Positions 37,158-50,694 of a stretch of DNA of 64,000 bases are shown in pieces; positions within the stretch are counted from its first letter, which is position 1, and each line of letters starts with the position of its first letter. The DNA is from Kondoa subrosea (Eukaryota): contig BCIN01000002.1 in the NCBI GenBank assembly GCA_039545335.1, positions 310,001 to 374,000 on the forward strand, given 5' to 3'. The notes beneath the pieces are model-generated. The model saw only the letters and a list, made by a program, of their open reading frames with translations, did no database searches and was not told the DNA's origin. The position numbers and the translations under genes were made by a program.

Positions 37158-38974
37158 TCAAGCAACTTTATACATCTCCTCGAATTTCTTCCCTTGCCCT
37201 GTAAATCGTGGTGACCGTCAGCGCACTGGCACAACAATGCATTGGAAAGTAATCCAGACTGACCGAAAGAGTCAAATAAGGTATTCAAATCCGTTCCTTC
37301 TTCAATGGCTTTCTTAGCATTGACGGTAAATTGCTATCAGAACATCAGCCTTTTAGTCTCGCACGTAAGACTTCGAGCATACCTCTTGACAACTAGCTTT
37401 GAGAGCCATATCCGAACATAAGCTATCAATGTCCCATTCTTCTGCACCTTTCATATTCTTCAACAAAGGTTTCAATGGACAATCTCCCGTCTTCACTTCG
37501 CTTTTTGTGTTCGAAGAGAAGGAAGAAGAAGATCCGCTTTTGGTTGTGGTGGAAGAAGAAGTAGAGGTAGTAGCAGATAAAGGTGGCGTAGGAACAGAAG
37601 AAGTGAAAGACTGATCCCTCGTGCTCAAACCGAACAGCTCATTCAAATCATTTGAAGGTTCGTTCCACATGTTGTTGGCATCGAAACTTGGTTCTCGATA
37701 ATCATTGAACAAAGCAGCAGTGTTTGGTGATAAAGCTTGTTTCGGTAGAGATGATGAGGTAGAAGGGAAATTACCGAAAGAGGCGAAGTTGAAATGTTCA
37801 CCACTTGGCGTGAAGACGCTTTCGCTGCTTGCTAGGAGATCATCAATCGAAGCTGGACTAGTAGATTGGGTTTGAACTGAAGTTGGATTGAAGAAAGATG
37901 CAGGACTCGGTGCGAAAAGGGACTCAGGGGAAGCTGCTAAAGTTGCTGGAGCTTGTTGTTGTATCGAAGGGAAAATTCCAGAGACCGGCATTGCAGTAGA
38001 AGCTGGAGCCGAAGAAGTTGAAGCTGAAAGAGGTGCAGCAAAAGTGAACTTGGTACCCTCATATTGAGCCAATCGAGCATTCTCGTTCTGCAGACGAGCG
38101 ACCAGTTCTTTGAGATTTTGATTTTCTGCTTCACGGTCTGCAGCTGCTTGTTCCAGAACAGCTACCTGATCTTCGAGCTTCTTTGCGTGTTGTTCTTTTC
38201 TGTCGCGGAAAGCTCGTTGGGCCATCCTGTTCTGTTCTTTGCGCTTGTCAGATGTAGTCGCAGCTTTTTTCTTTCCATTCTTCTTGTCAGTGACATCTAA
38301 CGAAGCATCAGCTGCTGAAGAAGATCTAGCATAATTATGACTTACCCTCTTCCTCGTGAGTATGATGTACATCCTCAGTATCTTTGACCACATTGGCTTT
38401 CCTATCTTTCTGAGCACCTTTCTTGTTTGTAGCTTCACCAGTTCTTTTGCCGTTTTTGTTAGTCGAACTAGGTCGTCCAGAATCATCGGTATTGGACGAA
38501 TCAGCAGAGAGCTGTCTTCTAGCACTACCAGCACCGTGCAACTGATCGGAAGAGGTGGAAGTAGGGATTTCAATCACGTGGTTGGTCTCATAAGTATGAC
38601 TAGCATTTGATGAAGTACATTCAGGTGAAGAACCTTCACTAGCAGCGTTGTTATTGATATTGTGATTGTAATAATTTGGGAAGCCATTCATTTGCGAGAG
38701 CTGAGGATTATTCATCGAATCAAAAGCTTTGATATCGATAGTACCAGGGGCAGGGTTCTGCTTGAGGAACTCGCTGTGTCCTCATATTGTCAGACAGTGT
38801 CGACATGTAACAACAGAGCAAGGACACATACCTGAGTTGAGCAAAGTAATCTGCAGAGTCATTATGGCCCGTTTGAGAGAAATCTTGAATCCAGCTGTAT
38901 ATATCAACGTCGTGCATGGTCAGTGTATGTCACTTGGTGGCTGCTCGAAGCCTTAGAAGGACTTACGGGTCCAT
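37158..38974 (-). CDS. YAP1: AP-1-like bZIP transcription factor (Yap1/Pap1 family) with C-terminal Cys-rich domain
   Basis: KRKEQNRMAQRAFRDRKEQH basic region with leucine zipper; c-CRD/NES DIDSLCSDMALKASC; 8-nt first coding exon ATGGACCC spliced to give MDPWIQDF. Confidence 0.9.
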
Positions 38975-39611
38975 GGCCAAAAGCGGTTTGATTAGTCAAA
39001 TGAGATGAAATCAGTAAGCAGGGGGCGTGTGAGCTGTCGGCCGGCTTGTGTGCAGTGGTGTGCGTTACAGTCAGATCTTGCGTGTCAGAGAGAAGCTCAA
39101 ATCTCGCAATGCAGCAGTAGTTCGAGAACAAGGGCAGTTGCGAGAGTGCAAGGCAGGGTTTCGGCACGTGGTAAAATTGTCTCGTCCAAGGATCGATGCT
39201 ACCGCGCTTGGTATACATGCGAATGCAGGGACATCGATAAGCTATCCTATCTACAAGCCAGTAATTCCGCAAGAACTCATCAGATTGAATCTGCAGGTTG
39301 ACTAGAACGGGAAGAGCCCCATCCACGACCTAGCGCCAATGAGCCATACTGGAAGTCAACATTCCATCATGGAAGCCTCGAGACACACCTGACAATCACA
39401 CGAAGACTTGATTCGAGTAAGATGAAGTGGCAAGGAGGGAAAGAAATTGCTTCTTCGTGCTTGATAGGTAATGCTGAAGACGCTCTTCGGCAGCGCTGAA
39501 GGGGTGGGGAGCTTGACTGCTAGGGGCTTGAGGGAGCGTACCGAGTGAACGGGAAAATTGCAGGGAAAATGCAAGGGAGAAGAAAAAGGGAAAATTGAAC
39601 AGTAGAGACCA

Positions 39612-39637
39612 AGAGAGAGAGAGAGAGAGAGAGAGAG
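39612..39637 (+). repeat. (AG)13 microsatellite ((CT)n on the minus strand, probable pyrimidine-rich promoter/leader element of the bZIP gene)
   Basis: agagagagagagagagagagagagag read directly. Confidence 0.9.
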
Positions 39638-39703
39638 GGATGAAGTGTCGACCATATATTCTGTTGCTTGCGATGTATTGCGATGTCTTGCTCGTAACGG
39701 ATT

Positions 39704-41252
39704 TCATTCCTCATCGGATGGGACTTCCAAGAGTTGACCAGAGTAGGCATCAGTCACATATCTCTTCGGAGGTAAATCCGCTCTCCTCTCGACCAGCATT
39801 TGACCATCTTTGCTCGAGGAAAATGCAACCAAATCATAATCCCTTTGCCAATCTATGACGTGAAAACGCATGCGAACATTTTTGAACTCTTCGTATAATT
39901 GCTTCATTTCTCCAACTACCAGCTCCTCTAATCCTTCTCCCTCAACAACTTGCAAATCGAAATGCTTCTGTAATTCTTCCCGTGGTGGCAGACATAGAAT
40001 GCTTCGAAATTTCTTCAATTTGATAGCATTCCTGAGTAGAGATGAAAATTTTGCCGGTTCAGTGTAAAGACATATTGCCGAGGCGTCATTCAAAGCCAGT
40101 TCTTCCAACCCTTTCAGTCCTGTTGATTTGATCAGTGCTTCTAGAATGTCCAACCTCATTAAAGGCCCTTTAATGAAGAGAGATCGCAGGGTGGTGGGTA
40201 AACCATCGAAAATACTTTGCCAAGCTTCGAATTCTCGAGGAAGATAATTGTAGCGCACGAATTCGAAATCGAAATATTCCAATTTGATCATGGAATTGAG
40301 AAAGGCAGCGACCACATTCGTTTCAATTGGAGATACAGTGTGCGTAATGGCAAGACTTTTGATAGTACGAGGGAAAATCCGAATCAAGCGATGGAGCGAT
40401 TGTCCGTTGAAACCGAAATCATTAACTGCGTCCATTGAAGTGAATGTCGTGATCGATCTTGGCAGGAATGAGACGTAATCATGTAGGTCTCTAATCATCC
40501 ACGCGAGATTGGTGTACGTGAGATTTTGCAGATTTGGAGACAGATAGTAAAGCGGCAGCAGAGACTTCATATTCACTGGATTCCTTGTTCCTTCCCAGCG
40601 ATATTGTGCACAAATTTCCAACGATGTCAGATTATAGAGGAAAGGGAGGTGAAAGAAAGCATTGTCAGGTGGCCAAGAAGGCGATTCGTCGACTGTAGCC
40701 CAATACATCCTTTGAGGATCCAATAGACGCGCTCGAGAGATGACGATTGTGAGATGGATAACATTTGGACAATAAGCAGCCGCAGCAAGTCCATTCGAAA
40801 GTTTGGTGCGACGTTCCTGCTGCAAGTGACTCAACCAAGGGAAGTTATTTTCTTCATCTTCGTCATCTTCATGGGCCAGTTCTTGCAGAACCAAACTGAA
40901 TGATTGTACATGTGAACCGAGTTCTGGCTTCTCTCGGAAAGTACGAGCCAAGCTTTCTTCGGTAGTGGGTTCCCAAATCGGACGGTTGTCCTGCGAAGGC
41001 AAGAAGTCAAGATGACAATAGAGGTGAGGTAGAAGAAGGTTGTTGAGAAAGCGAGAGCATCGAGATAGTCGCGAAACATCAGCTAAGGGATTGAGGCTGA
41101 ATGAAAGAGCAGCCAAATGGCGGAGCTCCTTAATGATAGGGTCGAACAGCTCAACAGGCAAACGATCGAGTGGGCTCTGTACTTTCGTTCAGCTAGTTAC
41201 CTTGCGAGCCGACCCAGGTGCGTACGAGTTTCAAAGGCAAATCAGACGCCAT
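39704..41252 (-). CDS. F-box / LRR-like (RNI-like) protein
   Basis: Short exon MASDLPLKL spliced to SPLDRLPVELFDPIIKEL (F-box-like), LSRCSRFLN..LLPHLY, then LxxLxL repeats. Confidence 0.7.
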
Positions 41253-41573
41253 TGTTCTGGGCAAATTTGCAATCAAGAAGAAGAGCAGAGAGAGAAAAGC
41301 GATGGACAGCGCGAACAGACAAAAGCCCGAATTACTGCCTGAAACGTAATCAAATAAAGCAATGAGCTCTCTTGGGTATCACCTGCAGTGATATCTATTG
41401 AGCGAGACCGATGAGCTCTGTCTGATATGCACGAGCCGGATTACCTCTGAAGCGGCAGTTCGAGAAGAACCTTGCACTTGATCTGAACAAGCACGTATTA
41501 GCTGGCGGACATTGTGGCTCGTTGGCAAGACGCCTTCCCTTGATATACCCTTGCTCCAGCATCTATAGGAAGC

Positions 41574-43273
41574 ATGGCTTCGCCTTTACCTCCAGTTCCG
41601 CATTCTCTCGTTTTGAAAGTGCTTCGATTGCAAAGGAGTCCTCTGTTCCAGGAGCAGCACGCAAAGGCTTACAACGAAGCTGAAGCTCCTTCTTTGCCTC
41701 TTTCGTCTTATCTTGCTCTGCCAACTTCATTTGGTACATGTTCGCTAGGCGAGACATTCTCTGGTCAGCTTCTTTTTCTCGCAATCGCACAGAGTCCAAC
41801 TCTCTAGTGCAGCTCTCATCGTAGCGAATAATGAGTCCGACTCGAACGTCTCTAATGCAACTCTGCATGTCGAAATGCAAACGGGTCAAGCGAAAAGCGT
41901 ACTTGTTGACCTGACTCATGATGGCGAACTGAAACCTGGCGAGTCCATGCAGTCCAAAGTATCTTTCGAAATCAAAGAGTTGGGCCAACGTGAGTCTGAC
42001 CTGCGAAACACGAAAGCAAACATTGACAATTCGCTCGCCAATCAGATGCCTTGGCTTGCACTATCTCCTATACTCAAACATCATCAAGTGAAGAACCAGC
42101 TACTCGATCATTTCGCAAATCTTATAAATTCGTCACTCTCAATCCACTGAGTGTAAAGACGAAGATTGTACAGTCTCGTTCAGTATTAGCTAACATCAAA
42201 GACAAGCAACGCGAAACTTCATATCGTCAGTCTGAGACCTCTCATAACTACTTATTGGCTTACGCATAGCGATAGTGGAGGTCCAGATTCAGAACTCATC
42301 CAAAGTCCCCCTCTCTTTCTCGAAAATCAATTTCGTGCCGAGATCTGGTCTGGTACATACCGACTGCAACCCATATCCCGACTGTCTAGACTTCCTTTAT
42401 CCTTCTGATGTTCGACAAATGCTCTACATATGTTCAGCAGAAGAAGCACCTTCTGAAGCCTTTCTCAATGCTCAAAAAGCTGGCGGGCAACTAGGTTTAG
42501 GTCGTCTAGATATAGAGTGGATCGGTCCAATGGGAGAAACAGGTCGCTTGCAAACTTCAACTCTAGCGCGAAAAGTACAGCCAACGAATGTTTCTTTCGA
42601 TCTCACCGTTATCAGTGCTCCGAGTCAAGTTAAAGTAGGAGAAGTCTTCGACGTTCACTGCAAGATTCGTTTCAATCCTTCTGGACCTGTTTATTCTCCT
42701 CTACATCTACAAATCCAGCATTTAGCTTCGCCAAGTCAAAGTACAGCTGAAGAATTAGCAACAGCTTTAAACAGTCGTCGATCTTTAGATGCAATACCAC
42801 CTCATATGATCCAATCCCCATCAAGACCTTCTTCGCGAGCTTCTGACCGAAACTTCCCTTCTTCTTCTACTCCTCTGATCCCATCTGCATGTGTATTATT
42901 AATTGGACCTACTTTTCAATCACTACGACCAATCATACCCGCCGGATTCTCAGATAGGAAATTATCAAGAGCTTCTATAGCTACAAATGAAACCAACGAA
43001 TCTAACGAACCTTTAGCCAATATTATATCGAGAGCCAACTCAAGAACTCATTCGAGAGCTACATCTTATCAATCTGAACACGAACAAGCAGAGGGAGAAG
43101 AAGAAGAAGGAGAAGAAGAGGTAGGGGAAGATGCGGAATTCGTCTCATGTTATGTTTGTTGGGAAGAAGGAATCGTCAATATACCTGGTGTGAGAGTGTT
43201 GCTTGTTGAAGTTGGTGGAGTGAAGGTGGTTGCGGAACAGACGGTCTTGGCTCAGATCTTGAGTGTGCTTTGA
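41574..43273 (+). CDS. TRAPPC13: Trafficking protein particle complex subunit 13 (DUF974)
   Basis: HSLVLKVLRL, LALPTSFGTCSLGETF, VSFEIKELGQH, FRKSYKFVTLNPLSVKTK, LGRLDIEWIGPMGETGRLQTS. Confidence 0.88.
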
Positions 43274-44097
43274 ACAGACAAATTACCCGAGTAAAGGTGA
43301 GTACGTTCTGTTGCGCCTGTACGTAGGAAAAACAGCTGATCCGCGATGTCGCTGCAGCCTGTCATGTCATTTTTGTTCGCCTCAAGAGCGTCGCAATAGC
43401 CATGACAGTCATCATTGAAGAGATAGAATATATACAATATCTCCAGCTAGACACTTGCACTGATGTGAGTTTTGATGGGCATCGTAGTCCTTCCGAAGCT
43501 GACCGAGAGAGATCTACAGGCACCACTTCGATCAGGACATTCCGCTTAACTGATTGACTCTGATCAAGGTGCTATCGCCGCGCTACTTTGGCGCTAATCA
43601 TTTAATTAATGCAAATGGACGCTCCACTCCTTCTTGTCTGGGGGAAGCGCAGTACTGGCAGGCAAGTCACAGATCGCCCGTGGTTGCCCGTGGTTTCGTT
43701 GGGAAATCAGTTCTTGATAATTCTGAAATGCATTGAAACCCAACAGAGTCTTCACCTCAGAGGTCTCATTGAATGTGTGATCTTGCAGCTTAATTTAAGA
43801 AATGTATAGTTCCGCTAGCTAAGACCATCACGCTAGCAAGGTGAAGGTTTCGCTTATAAATCATGTGGAGCTTGCAATTTCAACCAAGTTTCTCCTTCTT
43901 TCCAAAACTTACTTGCTTCATCCAGACTTAAAGCGCTTAAACTTCTTGATTAGTGGACACACCCGTCTCCTGCCGCTCCTTTGGTCATCATTGTCTGCGA
44001 CTGATCATTTTTCGATCACACCTTGGCTCAGAACAAAATACTGGGGTGAAATCCGACTTCCTATTATAAGCGGACTTGCTCTGTCTCGAAGTTTTGC

Positions 44098-47000
44098 ATG
44101 GCCCTGCCAGATGGAATCCAGTCTTCTGCTACACCTCCTGTAGCGTCTACATCAACGTTGAAAGCATCAAGCAGGGAACGCAAGACCACCGACGGCCAGA
44201 AACGAAGGAGTTGTGCCTATTGTCGGTCTCGCAAGGTGAATGATTTCGTTGGAGAAAGCACTCTCGTACAAGAGTCTGAGCAATTCTATCACTAGGCCCG
44301 CTGTGTACCTTCGGAAGAGGATACAGAACGATGCGCAGCTTGCGTCAAGAAGAATAAGGAATGCATTCATGAGATTCAGTCGTGAGTCGTTGACTGCAAA
44401 GATTCAGCACAACTGCTGAGCCGCGTCTTCTATAGCGTTATGGGCAGGCCGAAGAAGGTGCATTCGGAAGATGGTCAAAGTGGTGATGCATCAGCACCTA
44501 AAAGACCTTCGAAGCCCAGGAAGAGCAGCTCAAAGAACGGCAAAGCGAAACAAGAAGAGACTACGCCTCCAGCCGAGTTACTTGGGTCTTCTTCTGAGAA
44601 TCTCTTCAACGATTTTCACTCTGGACATTTTAATGGAGATGCGCACCAGCCGCACCATTTTCAAGGCAACTTTCCTCATCCCCACAACGTATATCATCCC
44701 AATCATTCCGCTGAAGATCACCAGCACGCCTTCACCCCGTGGATCTCACCTTACCACGAAACTGTAGCACCTCAGCTTTGGCATGTGCCGGAAACAAAGG
44801 GAATACACCAAGACACCTATTCAGATGAAGACACTATCAAATTATCGCAAGCTCACTCTTTGCCTACTGTCACACAGACATTTGACCAGCAACCAGTTGA
44901 AAGTGCGGGATTCCCTTAAGCTCTGTCAATTTTGCTAATGTCATTTCCTCAGGCTTAGCCAATGCACTTTGGACTCTTCTTGGCCAAGGCACTCATCAAC
45001 ATAGACCAAACGCAGAAGAAGAAAAGTCTGCTTTCATCCGGAGCATGACCAAACTCGGCATTTCAGCTCAACCACCTCAATCTTCTTGGTCCACTCCTGT
45101 TCCGCCCATAGACGGTCAACATGTCTTTGCCATCTCTTCTCGATATTGGAGCGTTTCTAGCATCAACCTCGTTTCCCTCGCAACAACAGGTGGTCTGTCC
45201 AATTCAGTCTTTGTCGCCCGTCCTTCTGCTATGCCTTCGATTACTGGTCTCATGATGGCAGATCGAACACCTCCTTCTTCACAAATCATTATCCACCCTA
45301 TTCCACAACAAGATCCGACAGCAATTTTGACCGATGTCGAATTAAGAGCTTTACTCACTATCTGGTTTTCTCGTTCCCGCTACGCTTTTATTCTCAACGA
45401 TTGTATTCTCTTACGGGATCTTGAATTGAGAGAACATGATCCAGCTCTACTCAACGCAATCGTAGCAATGGCTTTGTCTTTTTGTTCAGCAAACGATTTA
45501 GCTTCCAGACCTTTTTGGCCAACAGCAACGCAATGTATCACCTATTCGGAACATTTACTGTTTTCTAGAACTTTAGGAGGAGATGCGCATACTCTTTCGA
45601 CCGCTCAAGCAATGTGGATCATTGGAGAATACGAAGGCGCCAATTTACACATTAGAAGACATTGGTTGTATTGCTGTATCGGTCATTGTCTTTTGAGAGA
45701 TTGTAAGTTGGCAGTATTGCTGGTTGCTATTGATTAATCCTGGTTGACACTTCTTTGTAATGCTCAGTGAACAAGTTTGCCAAACAGAGACCTGCTCAAG
45801 TGAAACGCAACGATGGACCAAGTCGAGCTGAAGTGGAACAGGAACTGCTGAGCAATACATGTTGGGCTGCAAATGCTCATTGTGTCATGAGCTTCTTCGC
45901 CATGGGTCTGAAGCCGGACGATGTTGGGTTAGAGGAAGTGATGGATCGATTGGCACTACCGCCTAGGTCAGCTCTGTTGGAAGTTTGCACAAAGTGATTC
46001 ATGCTAAACTTTTCGGGCCGGGTCTGACAGGGATCCAGCGGCCTACAAATCAATCATCTACCGCTCAACTCGTGCACCCAAGCTACCTGGAATCGATAAC
46101 AACCTCTTTGTTCAGCTCAAAGCTTTTGCGGAAACGATACGAGTTGTTGATCTTATCTACCTCACTACTTCTCGCAACAGCAATCTAAGTCAGTATCTTG
46201 CTGCCGATCCCATGCTAGTCAACCCATCGCCGAAGGCGACCGTCTCTATGCTTGGTAATGGTGAATTAACGCCCACTGGTGTTGCCAATGCTCGCATCGT
46301 TAGTATCTGTTTAGAAGTGCAGAAGAATTTGATTTACATCCATTACAGGCTCAATTTCTTGTAAACATGGCCCGCGAATCAGCTTTGTCTTCCGTTCGAT
46401 TGCGGCAGCACAACGAACGAAGCTATGAAATGTCAGCACAATCGGAATCTTTCCTGGCAGGGACTTGTTCTGTTCTCGTATGTATCAGATATGTCCATTT
46501 ACAGATCGGTGCTAATATGCTACTACGAAGGCTCTCCACCGACTAAAGCCTTTTGATACAGCTGGTCAAGGTTTAGAAATGGCTACTAGCACAGTCCGAC
46601 TAGCGCTCGAAGCATTACAAAGCATCGTAGCTGCAGCAACGGCCGTGAAAGACTTGGATCTCGTTGCTGTGCATTCTTCCGAGTCCAGTAAAGTCCTGCA
46701 ACTCTTGGCTGACGCTCTGCCTTTCGCTTTTGAGCTTGCTGGTCGAATACAAGATGATATGGAAGAGAAGGACCATATAATGGCTTCTCTCGCAGCAGCG
46801 ACGGATCTTACTTTAGCTAGTTCCTCCAATCCTGCTCCTTACTACCTGTCGCCTACTGGTGATGTGAGTCAATAGCTTGTTTGGCAGTCCAACGATTGTG
46901 CTCATGCATATGTACAGCTTGCAAGATCCGCTTCGCACTCTACCTCGCCAGCTCCGCATAGCAACAGCAATAGTCCGCCTGTCCAAGATCCGACCCTTCT

Positions 47001-47130
47001 GCCTTCTGGTCTTGGTTTTCTTCCACATACTATGCCAATGGTTACTGGAGGTACTGAAAGTCTAGGTTCGATGCATTATCAAGAAGCACCGAATGATTGG
47101 CACGGAGATTATCCAATACATGCACAGTAA
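44098..47130 (+). CDS. Zn(II)2Cys6 fungal transcription factor
   Basis: Spliced CAYCRSRK/ARCVPSEEDTERCAACVKKNKEC cluster, then GRPKK and a middle-homology region (ALLNAIVAMAL, LSTAQAMWII). Confidence 0.87.
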
Positions 47131-47236
47131 CATATTGTGAATTCCATTTAATACACGGGAATCTAAATGCGGACTATCATGTTGTACAACATCAATACTA
47201 CACTTAAGATGAGACACGACCTTTCCACATCTTTTT

Positions 47237-48137
47237 TCAATAGTCTACACTTTCCGCTCTTTCTTGCTGTGTTTGTTCTTGTCGTTCAGCTTCTTCCGGA
47301 TCGAGAGCGATCAAACGTTTCATAGCTAAGCTGAAGAAGGGTCGGACTTCGTTGAGTTCCATTGCGGAAATATTAGTCATCTAAGCGACTGTCATTAAGC
47401 ACAGATTGTGAAGTCGAACACATCAAAGAAGGTACTTCGACATGCATTGCGTCTATGACTTCCATACCTTGTCTTGATTTTGACTGTCGTGCTTCTCGGA
47501 GATCTTTGAGTATAGATCGCACTCGATCAGGTGAAGGAATATCATCAGAAGCGCTGTCAGAAAAACACTTGTGCCGTTAGCGCGACGAAGCGTACATAAT
47601 AGACAAAGTATGCTGACGCTTCTAGAAGTATTCGAGCAATCTCCATGTACCTAAAAGGAACAGACGAGAACCCAGGTTGACTGATTTCTTGCTTGAGCAG
47701 ATGTTCCAGATGTTCTGAATTGCATCAATCAATCGATCAGTTTTCCTTTGATGCGAGGCAGAAGACGGAAATGAACACGTACCGACGCCCATCCATGAAG
47801 GTGCTACTATCCTACATTTCCTTCTCTTCTTCAATGTACACGCTATCCAGATTGGTACTTTTGCTTTCCTCGGCGGTTCGAAAGGACCAACCATGCCCTA
47901 ACGTTTAACGAGAGTATAAGAACAGAGAACATCAGGAGGAGAGGATAAGAATGGGTACAGCTATCGTTCGAATAGGCTGCATTCGAAATAAGGGAACAAT
48001 CTCAACATCTTCGAGTTCCGCTACGAATCTAGGTTACATCTCAAGCTCAACGAGGAATGCCTCAGCACTTGTACCTGGAGCACATACTCGAGTTCAGCAG
48101 GTAAGAAAGTATCGAGTAAGGATCGAGGTAAAGCCAT
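47237..48137 (-). CDS. PSF2: GINS complex subunit 2
   Basis: MALPRSLLDTFLPAELE, ELEDVEIVP, GPFEPPRKAKVPIWIA, LKDLREARQSK, NISAMELNEVRPFF. Confidence 0.93.
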
Positions 48138-48159
48138 GCTCGTCGCGAACAAAAGAGAG

Positions 48160-48165
48160 ACGCGT
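48160..48165. promoter_or_regulatory. MCB (MluI cell-cycle box) ACGCGT upstream of PSF2
   Basis: ACGCGT 23 bp upstream of the ATG of a replication gene; a CGCGAA variant lies next to it. Confidence 0.4.
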
Positions 48166-48253
48166 CCGACTGCTCTATATGAGATTCCCAATATTCAATC
48201 AAAGCATCCGGCTATCATACAATACAGCTTTACTTCTACTTCTACTTCTTCTT

Positions 48254-50353
48254 TCATACACTCCTTGGGGGTCTAACAAAATCTACGTGTTTCGCAAGTC
48301 CACCACCACCAATCAAATTTCTTCTCACTTCAGGCAACGCTTCCGCTGAGTACAATACAGGCGGTCGAGTATTGCTTGAGAGTGATTCTTCTACTGTTCG
48401 ATGAGCGGGAGATGGAGTATTTCGATACATTGTCGTACTGTCTTTCAGAGGCGAAGGTTGAGAAGATGTGGTGCTAGAAGAGCCAGCGGAAGTTTGTCTT
48501 GCCCAAGTAGGTTTAGGTGGTAGTGGATGTCTATGGTAGATTGTTGCAGGTGGAGATGATACAGTGTCTGAAGGATCTTCGTCAATTCGGGAAGAAGAAC
48601 TTGCTCGACTTGAAACGCTCCTTGTTTGCTTTCGTTTTTTGGGTGACCGCATCTCCGACAATTCGGGTAGTCCGGGACCATAAGAGACTGAAGACTTGGA
48701 CAAAGAAGATGCTGCAGTTCTTGATGAGCAGGTTGAAGAAGAACTGGATCTTCCAGAAGACGATCTTGCTTTGTTACGAGCAGTGATAGTGGGAGGGAAC
48801 AGAACCGCATCAGATCGTCTACTGCTCGGATTTGATGGTATTTGAGGAGAAGAAGCCGAGGAGGAAGGTCGAGAGGAGCTGCTGCTGGCTGTGCTTGGGC
48901 CATGATTTGCGTACACAAAGCGCATCACTTGCTGAGACGGCGGAACAGCATAAACAGATCCGTCGGGTGTGGAAATGGTTTGGTTTGTCCAAGGTGGTAC
49001 TCCAGGGCGAGGTAGGGTATCAGGTTCAGGAGGTGGATCTGTTCGAGTGCTGAAAGGTGGATATTCATATCCAGGAGGTGGCGGTGGTAGAGTAGGTATA
49101 TGATTATACTGCAAAGGAGATGTAGGTATTGCTTGCTCGGGATTATAAATGCCAAAATGCTGATCTACTAAAGTTGGGTAGTAGTCAAAACGAGATGATA
49201 CGCCAAAAGAAGGATCGAATGCCGGAGCAGAAGGACTGAGGCGTGCTGTCTTCTTTGGTCCAGTCGGTATTACAGGTCGACTTGGACCCATTGAATTCAG
49301 GGCCAAGACGTCGAGAGCGTTGATCATGGGCGGCAGATAAGAGGGTTCCTGATGTAGAGTCGGAGGTGAGTTGCTCTGACTCTCTCTAAAGATACGTTCT
49401 CTTGCTTGCTGGTACGCTGCTTCTCGTTCTTGAAGGGTAAGTCTTCTTGATGCCTCGTCAATTGCGTTGGGTGATTGAACATTCCGCGAAGATCCTTCGT
49501 GAGATGCTGATCTCGCCATAATACGAGTGACCGTAGTGAGGTTGGGACCAGGTGAAACGCTACTTTCGTCCGATTGCACAGAAGTTGGGGTAGAAACTTC
49601 AGGCGTTGAGACAGTTGGCAATAAGGGAGTGATAGGTGGCATATGTTTGTTAGCTAGCGCTGAAAGCCGTACTTGCGGTCTGTGAATGATGCTTCTCATT
49701 AAGTAATCGAAAGTACTTGAGGAGGATAATCATCCCTCACATTCGTGTTGCTGCTGATTTGTGAAGCACCAAATGACCCGATTGCGCTCCTGGTGCTCCA
49801 GCTAGTTGCATAGCTCCTCCGCCTCCTGCGCTTGCAGTCTGCTCGAAAGTTCTACTTATACAGTATGTGTCAGCAAGTCGATGAATACTATAAACGCCTG
49901 TTAGTCTAGAAGAGCTTGACTATCATCAGAGGCTTACAGTAGTCGCAAGAATGAATTGATAAGGTGAGGGAACGCAGGAGGCAATACTGGCAATCTTGCG
50001 AGAGAGCCATCCAGCACGAAAGCTTCCATCTCGATGTCCGCTCGCAGCAAGATCTAGAAGAAGGTTGAGGCTCTCAGTTAGGATCTAGGTGGTCAGTCAG
50101 ACTGAGTAGGACGCACAGCTCTCCATCGTATGTTCGAGATAGAGTCGACAAGCAAAGGATCAAAGTGTGAATCCACGTCGTCTGCTGAAGGCTCCATAAA
50201 GGCTTGTGAGGATCCAGGGACAGGTATAGGGCGCTCTGCAGGCGCTGTAGGCGTGGCAGAGCAGAGACGTCGCCCAAGTTCAGGTTGCAAGTCTTGCACA
50301 GTTTGCACGGCCTCGCGCTGTAAGATTGTTGGATAGGCAGGTGTGCTGGCCAT
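48254..50353 (-). CDS. R3H/SUZ-domain RNA-binding protein
   Basis: FDPLLVDSISNIRWR exon, R3H-like FLIHRILATY exon, SUZ motif TRIMAR...LTLQEREAAYQQARERIF, C-terminal VRPPR. Confidence 0.75.
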
Positions 50354-50694
50354 AGTGGAAAGGATCTCAATCGAGAGTCAAGTGGTATCGTCTAGTCTCA
50401 ATCATAGCTCGAGGTTTTAGTACAAAGTCGAACGTCACGCGTCAAATGGCTATGAGGTGAATGTAGGCTCGTACGCATTTGTCTGTGCTATATTACATAT
50501 CCTCTATCTTCTCGAGAGAGGAGAAAGACTCGTCATAGTACTATATTGATGCTTGCTAAGCAAAGGTCAGCTCACCATTCTGCTGCGGAAGATTTGAGCA
50601 GACTTACTTGGCAAACGGGCCACGTATACTTCCGCTGCAGACTTTACAGCACTTCGACTGCATACAAGACTTTTCACTTCTTCTTATCGATCTT

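Noticed and set aside
41302..41345. Alternative upstream start for TRAPPC13
   Set aside because: It is only 49 bp from the divergent F-box ATG and has no in-frame splice to the conserved region; ATG 41574 matches the family N-terminus.
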